From contig JAZQFJ010000045.1 in the NCBI GenBank assembly GCA_045539475.1, positions 2,024-66,023 of the forward strand: a DNA stretch of 64,000 nucleotides, read 5' to 3'. Below are positions 44,799 to 53,900 of this stretch, piece by piece (position 1 is the first letter of the stretch; every line of letters starts with the position of its first letter). The notes under the pieces are model-generated. The model was not told where the DNA came from. It saw nothing but the letters and a program-made list of their open reading frames with translations, and did not search any database. Source of the stretch: Eubacteriales bacterium. GTDB lineage: Bacteria > Bacillota > Clostridia > Oscillospirales > JAAYXM01. The position numbers were made by a program, and so were the translations under genes.

Positions 44799-46250
44799 TT
44801 AATGTGCACATTTTCCGAATACCGTAAAGCTGATAACCCCCGGCTCTATCCCTTCCGGCGCACCGAGAACCGTTAGACGGACTTTTCTTGCTGTTACCGT
44901 CTCAAACGTGCGATAATCCACGCAATAGTCAATCTTATTTTCTGATGCGTCGACAAGCATTTTCCATTCGTCCGAATCCGGAGCTGAGTATTCAACTTTA
45001 TACTGAAAAGCACCAGGGTTGATTCCATCGAGTGTTTCCATCCCGACATCGCGCCAGATTATGCGGCAAGACTCGATGTGATAGCCCTTTTCCGCGGCGA
45101 GGTCAATTTCTAAAGTTTTCTCCTTATCCTCGGGAGTCGGTTGCCACCATGTAAGTGCGCAATCATCCGTTGCGTAAATCGGCTCACGTCCCGGCATATG
45201 GCTTGATGCCTCAACCGGCTGGAAAAACGTAAGTGGCAAAAGTCCTGCATCGTTGCCACACTCGGGTTCTTTCATAACTCCCGGTGCAAACTGCGGTGTT
45301 TCTGTGAGTGCAGGGCAGAAAAGCTCTCCATTTTCGTCAATACCGAGAGGATCCATACCGACTCTTCTTTCAAATTTATAGTGGTGACCAAAGAAATATG
45401 TATAGAATATCCAGTATGTATTGTCGGGCCCTTCTGCTATACTTCCGTGCCCTGCACCGCGGAGAAGTCCGGTAGGCTTACGTGTAAGCGGATCGTGCTT
45501 CTCCTGACGGCGAAATCCGGAAAGCGGACCTTCATCAGAATAGAGGATTCCACAAGCATAGGAAGAATACTGTGTGCCGCTTCCCGAATAGAGAAGATAA
45601 TAGCGCGAACCTATTTTTATCATCCACTGGCCTTCCGTCCATCCGATGCGCTCATTCTGATTATATTCACCGTGGCGCTCCCACTCTTTGTCGGGTGAGA
45701 ATGTGTTTATCCACACCGGTTCCGAGATAAGCTTCCACGGCTCATTCGGGTCGCATTCCGCACCAACGGTTCCGGTAACGCATTCAACATCCTCCCCTTC
45801 CTCAGGCTCTCTTATTTCACACCAGTAAAAATATAGCCGGTCATTCTCTGTAAAATAACAGCCGTCGGGAACTTTCATTTCATTCCCGTGCATATCAGTG
45901 AGGTTGCCGCAATGTTTGAAGGGACCTAAAGGACTATCCGCAACATACATTTCAGGCAGGCTGTGACCGCTTAAATACCACTTTCCGCGAAACTGTACCA
46001 CCGCAGGACTGTAACGCAGATTGTCAATCCCGATATCAACCTTTTTCCAATGAACAAAATCCTCAGTTACATGTGCAAGGCTGTAGCTTGCATACATAAT
46101 CCATTTTCCGTCGTGATATATAACGCTCGGGTCTGAAATAGAGCGGTAATCCTCAAAATTTCTTATATCAATCCCCGTGTGCTCTACATCCAGCCATCTT
46201 CCGCTGGCAACCTTCTCAACGCACAAGGGATTACAATATGTTCTTTCCAT
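44799..46250 (-). CDS. Beta-propeller glycoside hydrolase-like protein (GH43-like) with C-terminal discoidin/F5-8-type-C domain
   Basis: Blade-like DPSVIYHDGKWIMYAS, SPAVVQFRGKWYLSG, GAGHGSIAEGPDNTYWIFY. C-terminal ...IIWRDVG...KVRLTVLG. ATG 46250 (MERTYCNP) is preferred over the ORF-track start 46307. Confidence 0.55.
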   Translation of the reverse strand: MERTYCNPLCVEKVASGRWLDVEHTGIDIRNFEDYRSISDPSVIYHDGKWIMYASYSLAHVTEDFVHWKKVDIGIDNLRYSPAVVQFRGKWYLSGHSLPEMYVADSPLGPFKHCGNLTDMHGNEMKVPDGCYFTENDRLYFYWCEIREPEEGEDVECVTGTVGAECDPNEPWKLISEPVWINTFSPDKEWERHGEYNQNERIGWTEGQWMIKIGSRYYLLYSGSGTQYSSYACGILYSDEGPLSGFRRQEKHDPLTRKPTGLLRGAGHGSIAEGPDNTYWIFYTYFFGHHYKFERRVGMDPLGIDENGELFCPALTETPQFAPGVMKEPECGNDAGLLPLTFFQPVEASSHMPGREPIYATDDCALTWWQPTPEDKEKTLEIDLAAEKGYHIESCRIIWRDVGMETLDGINPGAFQYKVEYSAPDSDEWKMLVDASENKIDYCVDYRTFETVTARKVRLTVLGAPEGIEPGVISFTVFGKCAH

Positions 46251-46325
46251 TTTATTTTCCTTCTTTTGTATGTCTTTGCCCGCAAATGAAGCTTCATCTG
46301 CGGGCATATTTTTCTTACAAGGTGT

Positions 46326-47879
46326 TTACTTTACGCGATTATATGCAGATGTATATGCTGCAATGACTTCATCAACACCCATTGACTTTACAGTCTCAAC
46401 AAATGTATCAAAGTTAGAGAGCGGCTCCTGACCGAGAATGAACTTGATAAGCATTTCTTCTGTATATGTATAAAGTCCGGTCCTGTATGTTTCGATCACT
46501 TTCTGCTCTTCATCATTGAAGTCTAGCCACAATGTTACCGGATATTCAGGAAGCGTATGCTCAATGATGAGGTCTTCACTTTCAAGAGTTGTCTCGGACT
46601 GCATTGCCTCTGCAGCAAGCGGATCAAGGCGGCAGAATGTACCATAGGTCTGGAAGCCATACATTGTATCCGGAAGAGTTCCCGCTTCATCAGTAATGAA
46701 CTTCTTCTTTCCGTCAACAACTTCGTATGTCTCTCCTTCCTTACCCCATGAGACAAGCTCCATAGCCTCGTCGGTATACATCCAGTCAATGAACTTCGCC
46801 GCATTGCCTATTCCCTTTGTGTTTCCTGTGTCTGTAATCGAAAAGCCTATCATTTCAAGGTCGCCGCGTTCGATCATGGAAACTCCCTTTTCGGGGTTTG
46901 CAACAGGAGGTGCAAGTGCCTGAAGCTTATAGTCTGTTTTTCCGCCCTTCTTTGCGAGCTGGTTGAAATAATCTATGCGAAGCTGAAGGTGCGGCAAGAT
47001 AAAGCCGCGATCTGTAAGCATAAGCTCTTCCCATGTAGCATTGTTGAGATTATACGCATCTGCTGGCATAAGCTTTTCTTCAATCATCTTCTTATAGAAT
47101 GATACAATCTCAAGAGCCGTATCTTCGATTGCACCCCAACGCCACTCGTCATCGTCAAAATCATAGTAGATACCATATTCCCACCATTTATCAAATGATG
47201 AACCGGCAATGTTGAACATATATGACATAGAGCGTGTGCAGAACGGGTAAGAATCCGGATAAAGCTCCTTAAGCTCCTTACATACTGAATAAAGCTCCTC
47301 ATAAGTTTCCGGAACCTTGAGGTTATGCTTTTCGAAAATATCCTCACGATAGAGCCATGCACGCATACGGGTTTTTCCCTCGCGACCCGAACCCGGAGTG
47401 TAGTAAACCTTTCCGTCAGCGCGCTTTCTCGGCTTGACTGCTACATTGTATTCCTCTTCAGAAAGGGACTCGAGCCATGCATTGTAGTTAGGCATATACT
47501 CTTTTAAATCATCAAAAGCAATAAGCCCTTCTCCTGCATATTGGGAATGTGTTCCCGCAACGCTGAATGCAATAATATCCGGAAGCTCTTCGCGGGCTGC
47601 AAACATAATCGGAAACTTTGTGGCTGCATCTGACGCAGGAACGGCAATAATGTTGAGCGTTGCGCCGGAGCCTTCCTGCATATATTCCCAAATCTTCCAG
47701 TCTTCGCGAACAGGCCAGCTTGCAGATGACTCAACCATAAAGTTAATAACATCATCTTTTGTGAGCGGCTCTGCTGCATCCGTACCGTCAAGCTGCGTTG
47801 CTCCACCACTGACACCGCCGCAAGCGCAAAGTGCAAGCATCATAATTGCGGCAAGGATTAATGCGATAAGTCTTTTCAT
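46326..47879 (-). CDS. Extracellular solute-binding lipoprotein (ABC family-1 type, large ~517 aa); no permease genes adjacent
   Basis: MKRLIALILAAIMMLALCACGG lipobox. AAGGAGG RBS before ATG 47879. Confidence 0.75.
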   Translation of the reverse strand: MKRLIALILAAIMMLALCACGGVSGGATQLDGTDAAEPLTKDDVINFMVESSASWPVREDWKIWEYMQEGSGATLNIIAVPASDAATKFPIMFAAREELPDIIAFSVAGTHSQYAGEGLIAFDDLKEYMPNYNAWLESLSEEEYNVAVKPRKRADGKVYYTPGSGREGKTRMRAWLYREDIFEKHNLKVPETYEELYSVCKELKELYPDSYPFCTRSMSYMFNIAGSSFDKWWEYGIYYDFDDDEWRWGAIEDTALEIVSFYKKMIEEKLMPADAYNLNNATWEELMLTDRGFILPHLQLRIDYFNQLAKKGGKTDYKLQALAPPVANPEKGVSMIERGDLEMIGFSITDTGNTKGIGNAAKFIDWMYTDEAMELVSWGKEGETYEVVDGKKKFITDEAGTLPDTMYGFQTYGTFCRLDPLAAEAMQSETTLESEDLIIEHTLPEYPVTLWLDFNDEEQKVIETYRTGLYTYTEEMLIKFILGQEPLSNFDTFVETVKSMGVDEVIAAYTSAYNRVK

Positions 47880-47944
47880 TTTATTTCCTCCTTGTTTTTT
47901 CATGGTCCGGTGGGAGAAAATCTCCCACCGACCGTTTTTTACTG

Positions 47945-50900
47945 CTACGCGATATAGTCGAGAATTCTCTTGATGAGAACTGCAACCTCTGCACGGGTGG
48001 TGTTAGCAAGCGGGTCAATAAGACCGTTCTTACCGTTGACAAGCTCTGCCTTGACAAGCGCAGAAACCGCTTCCTTTGCATAATCTGCAACTTCATTGAA
48101 ATCAGCCGCCTGAGGCTCATCTTCCGCTGCGGTGATTTTCTCCATCGAATACAGTGCACGATAAACTATAACCATCATATCCTGACGGGTTATTGTGTTT
48201 CTCGGTGCGTATTTATTGTCACCGATGCCGTTTACAATACCTGCATTGCGTGCTATTGCAAGCTCTGATGCGAAGTAGTCATTTTCATTTACGTCTGCAA
48301 AGTTTTCGGTATTGTCCGATGCGAGCTTGAATGCACGGACAAGCAGGAGCGCGAAGTCTGCGCGCGTTATATTCGCGGATGGACTAAACGTACTTGCAGA
48401 CGTGCCCTTTATTATTCCATCCTCTGCAAGATAGTTTATCGCGCTCTCTGCCCATGCGTGATTAGAAAGGTCTGTGAAACGGATAGTATCCGTTTCACCC
48501 GACGCGTCGGGTGCGGTGTTCGCATCATCTGCAGTTTCGCCGTTTTCTGTGCCATCGGGGGCTTCCTGCTTATCGGTAGGTGCGGCATCTCCGCCACCAC
48601 CGCCGCCTCCGCCACCGCCGGACGGTGTGGTGGTATCATCGGTGCTTCCGGAATTGTCGGTTGACTGGTTATCATCTGCCGATGGCTTACTTGTCGTCGA
48701 ACCGTAGACCGTTACCGTAAAGTGAACAGTTGTTTCCGTAATCCCGTCAGTCACGGTTATTGCAAAGTGATTGTCGCCAACCTGCGAGCTATCCGGTTTC
48801 CATGTGACGGTCATATCATTTGCGCTTACGGTTGCTCCTCGCGGAAGCGATGTTCCAACAGCCCAAATTGCTCTTCCCGCAGGGCTGTATGCGCTTATCG
48901 GAATTGATATAGAGCTTCCTGCCGAGGTTGTATAGTTCTTGGGTTGAACAACATTCGGTGCACTGTCATAAATGCTTGAAACCGGAATTCTGAGCGTTTG
49001 CCCCTCATCAATATTATAAACATATCCGCGAGCTGTGTTATTTACGTCAACATAGCTTCTGATTAGGGAAACATCACCTATATTAAGCTTAATATTTCCG
49101 TCTTCGACAGATGCAGACTCGATTCTGTATGCGCCGTTCCGGACTCCGTCGTTCTCGACATATACAAACTTACCTGCGAGAGCCTCATTAGCAGCCTTCG
49201 TATCGTTAAGAGCAATCTCATTATCGGGCTTGTAAACGATATAGTTCTCCTTTGAAAGATCTTCTGTGAAGCTCTGAACCTTTCCTGTGTATGCCGCGAT
49301 TGCTTCTTCGGTTTCAGTATCACCAACGAGTTTTAAAACCTCACCGTCGTTGAGATATGAGTGGATGATTTTTCCTTCCTTATCAAAAGAAATTACACCT
49401 GCAAAGCCACGGAAGTTTATTTTATCCTCTATAACATAATCAACCGAATTATTGGTTGAATACATTATATAATCAACTCTTCCGTTCTTAAGAGTTACCT
49501 TGACTGCACTGTAAGCGTCAAGAACACCCGGCTTTGAATCTTCCTCACGGACCATCGGAACCTTTTCAATTTTTTCAATATACTTATTCGTTACATCATA
49601 CGGTTCAAAAACGGTCGTGAATACCGTGTCAAGATTTGTTCCGCGATTTCTGACAAGCATATATTCAAGGTTTCCTGCATGAGCGTTGCTCTTATTCTGC
49701 GGAGGCAGCGCCTTTGCAAAGGATACTTCAGAAACAGGACTGTCATTCAGCATCGTGACTCTCAGGCGGACATCACGTTTCTTATCCATAACCTTTTTCC
49801 AGTCCTTGACATTGAACTCAACAGTGAAATCCTTTTCAACAGAGTTATAGGTACGTACATCACGAAGCCATGTATATCCTTTCGGGTAAACTTCAGAACC
49901 GGCACCACCCGGGTCCGGACCGTATTTTACATCGGGACCTGCATATGTACCGTAAAGGTTTCCTTTATCATCCGTATACATCGGTGTCGCTTCCATATCT
50001 CCAAGACCGGAAATAGCCGTATGCTCATCGGACTGGCTGTGGAAGCTGTAGAGATGGTCGTCGCCGCCCTTGATATGGAAGAAGTCAACACCATAAGAAA
50101 TTTCATCATCGACATCAACCATAACTACCGATCTTCTGTATTCCTCAGTATTGCTGTACACATCGGCGCTTATATCCATAAGCTTGACGCGTCCGGAATC
50201 ATCGAAGTGTATCGGAGTCTGAGTAGCCTTAATTGTCTCCTGCTCATTCTCATCAACGACAACCGTGTTGTGAGAAATCGTTGTGCTTACCCACTGAACG
50301 CGGTTCGGCTGCTGACCAGTTTGCTCCGGATATCCGATATCGGGAGCGATATTGAGACCATATGCATCTGCAAAGAGGTTCAATGTATCGCGGTGACCGT
50401 GCATATCATTTTTTCCGAAATAGATTGCAAAGTCGCGATGCGTGTTGTTATAGCTTGATGTGCTTGCGGAGTCATGTTCTCCGCCGGCGCGAAGCGCGGC
50501 AAAACCGTAGCCTGCAAGCATATCACTGGGAAGAGCAAGCTTTCCTTCCGTTTCAATTACCTCTTCAATATCCTTTGTAAGCTGCTCGGGATCGTCATCA
50601 AGGATACTGCCGCGAAGCTCGATTCCACGCGTCTCATGCAAGAAGTAAAGCGCCTGAGCAAGAATCGGCTGCTTCGTGTTCTTATATGCCAGAAGAATAT
50701 CATCCTCTACAACTGCAAGACCCGTTCCTCCGATTGCACCGAAGTCGCCTGTGTGCGAGGTGTAGTAACCGCCGAGAAGCAGACGGATCTGAGCCGCAAA
50801 CATCTTTGTAAACTTCGGGTTTTCATAAAGGTCAGCCTGCGGATAAAGCTCAAATCCACGCAAAAGCTCTGCAACGCCCTGGAAGTGCGTAATCAATTCG

Positions 50901-53900
50901 CGGTTATATCCCGGAGAATTTTCCTTTCCGTTTCCGTCGCGGTCAATATCACCGATAAGTGACCCCATAAACATGCCACCGGCAGCAGGAATAGTTCTCG
51001 GAATCTTACCTGTGTTTATACCGGAAGTTCCAGCAACCGGACCCGGAGCGAATATCCAATCAATCATCTCGATTGATTCAGGTGCTCTGTTGAGAGAAAC
51101 CGCTGCAGCTGCAACAGATTTCTGGTGCATACCGAAGTTACCCCAGTTTTTGCCGTATTTTGTTCGTTCGAATATTTTAAGAATAAGGTTTTCTTCGACA
51201 TTCTTTCTTACTGCGCCGGGGCTGTCTTTAAGGTTAACCGGAATAAGCTCTCCACTTTCATCCTTAACCCAGTTGCCAAATTCATCCTTTTCATATTGCG
51301 GCGCTCTCTCGGAGAGATATTCAATTACCGCAGGGTCATTGTAAATCGGCTTAAACGCATCGTATGCCATTGCAAAATCATAGGTCATAAATGTGGACCA
51401 GACAGGGTCAACGATTGTACCATAGTAATCGTCGCCGCGCCAGGTATGCCACTGGAACCAGTCATAGCCGGGGAAGAAGTCGGCAACTCTGTCGAGAAGA
51501 ATTGCGCCCGCTCTTCCGTATTTCGCTTCACCCGTGTACACAAAAGCCGTGGCAAGAGAATTTATTGCCTTTCTGATTATCTCATCTCCTGCATACCACA
51601 AGCCGTTGTGGATGAAGTATCCAATATAGGTATACTGTACCGGACCTTTATATGCTCCGTCTGTATACCACGCATAACCTTCGTTATCATAGTAGCGTGG
51701 GTCATATCCCGGAACCTTTGTTACGTCTCCGCCCTCGCCGACAATTTCTTTTGCCTTTTCAATCGAAATATAGGGCATTTTATATCCGAAGCCGTCGTCA
51801 ACACCCCATCCCGCGATACCGAGCTTCGTGTCAAGCTCAGGATAAAGATCGTTTGTGAGATATCCACCCTTGACATTATATCCGTAGTGGTCCTTCCACT
51901 CCTGGCTTTCGCGAGCCTCGTTCCAGGCATCAAGCTCTGCTGTCCACTCTGCCGTTCCGGGTGTCTTTGTTGTATAGCTCGGGAATTTGCCGATGTGCGA
52001 ACACTCATTTCCCGCCTTTACATCCTCACAGACAAACTTTTCATGATGCTTCTGAAGTGCTCTGTCAATTGAGAATGTTCCATCGTCTGCAAGACCAAGC
52101 TTATAGAAGGAGCCAAAGTCGTTTGACGGGAACAGACGCTTACAATCCGGACACTGAACCTTCCACGGTCTGTTTATAGGATCTGTATCAAATACCGCAT
52201 TGTATTTCGTTCCGATATCCGCTCCGCAGTAACGGCAGAAGTTCTGCAACGGGTCGTACTTATGGCCGATATGGTAAAAACGCGGCAGACCTTCGGACAC
52301 GACAAGCTCATACAGCAAATCAAGCTTTTCAACGTATTTCTCTGCTTCTGACTTAACAGCCTTTACCTCATCGCGAGCCCATGAATATCGCTGTGCGTTT
52401 TTCTTTGCGTTTTCGCGCTCCTCTAATGTGTATATCGTCGGGTCAACGGTTGCATCCCAAGTAACCTGGAGCGCAAGCGGCTTAATTACAATTCCTTCTG
52501 CCGCACCGTTTTTATAATCCGCGCTGACAGTTGCGGATATTACCGCAGTACCAACGCCGATACCGTAGACACTTCCGTCTTCTGAAAGCTCAACATATTC
52601 GGAGCCTTCAACGAGTTCCCATGTAATGAACTCGCCAGGAACTGTGAGTATATTTCCGCTGTTCATACGCGCGCTTACACCAAGCTTTGACCCTCCGTAA
52701 ACGTAAATAGACTCAGGAGCGGTAATCTTGATTCCGTTTTCAGCGATACCTGAATTGTCGGAAACCGAAACAGTAAATTCGGCTTTCTTCGTTATGCCGT
52801 CATATGTTACTGTTGCGGTTATTTTTGCTTTACCTTCGCTGATACCGGTGATTGCACCGTTTTCATCAACCGTTGCAATATCGGGATTTTCAGATTTGTA
52901 TACGACAGCTGTAATATCGCCGTCTGCATATCCGATATCCTCACCCTTGACGGTTTTGAGCTTAAGCGTGGTGTTTACCGTTTCACCAAGACCTAAAACA
53001 TCGCTTCCGCTCTCCGTCACAATTTCTGCACTGCCTAAAGCGTTTTCGTCTGCAAACGTAAACGAATTCATATAAGCGGCATCACCGCCTGCCTTTGCTT
53101 CTCCGCTTTCGCTTACACGATAGACAACAAGATGCTCGCCTTCTGTAATTTCCTTTATGCCAAAGGGCTTTACGCAGCCGTCATTGTCTTCAACCTCAGA
53201 ATAGAAATCCGCCGTTCCGACATAATATTCACTTGTCGGTACTGCATATTTGAGGATGTTGTTTTCAAACTCCTCTGTTGCAGGCATAACGTAAAGGTCG
53301 AGCGCCGCATTTCTCCAACGGCTTCTGAACATATCGCCTTCTGCAAGATATGTGCTGGTTTTAGGGAACTTAACCTTAAATGCAACGTATGAATTATAGA
53401 GATTTGTTCCCTGCCAGACTATCTGTGCAGATGTTTTCGGACCGTTAAGCAGTATATCGGGATATCTCGGATCAATGTTTTCCACACTGTGGAATATCCA
53501 CGGGCGGAAATCCGTATATGATTTAATATCATTTACCCTGCTGTAGTTATCGGCGGGGTATGCACCCTGATTAAAGTTAATTGCAACAACGGATGAGGGT
53601 GGCACGTCTTCGCTGAAAACAACAATTTTTTCGGGTACACTCTCAATGATATTTCCGCGAATGTTGATTTTCGCCTTTACTTCAAAGGTTCCGGCCTTCG
53701 CCGCGCGGACACCATCTTCTGTCAGAGTTGCAACACCGTCTTCAGACTGATTCTGAATCTCAAGGCTTTCGATTGTTCCGCCGGGCAGAACCTTTCTGTT
53801 TACAAGCTCATAACCGGTTGTGAAGAGAAGCTCTTCGCCAAGCATAATCCTGTTGTTTGTGTAAAGATACGTTTTTGCTATTTTGTAATCATTATCAACG

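Noticed and set aside
48590-48625. GGN-rich tandem triplets (ggcggtggcggaggcggcggtggtggc)
   Set aside because: This encodes the ten-glycine linker of the giant protein. It is not a CRISPR array or a regulatory microsatellite, although it could be slippage-prone.
49679-52072. Plus-strand ORFs of 259, 162, 123 and 315 aa within the giant gene
   Set aside because: All are antisense to a continuous 8.4-kb minus-strand ORF with recognisable domains. None has an RBS or motifs.
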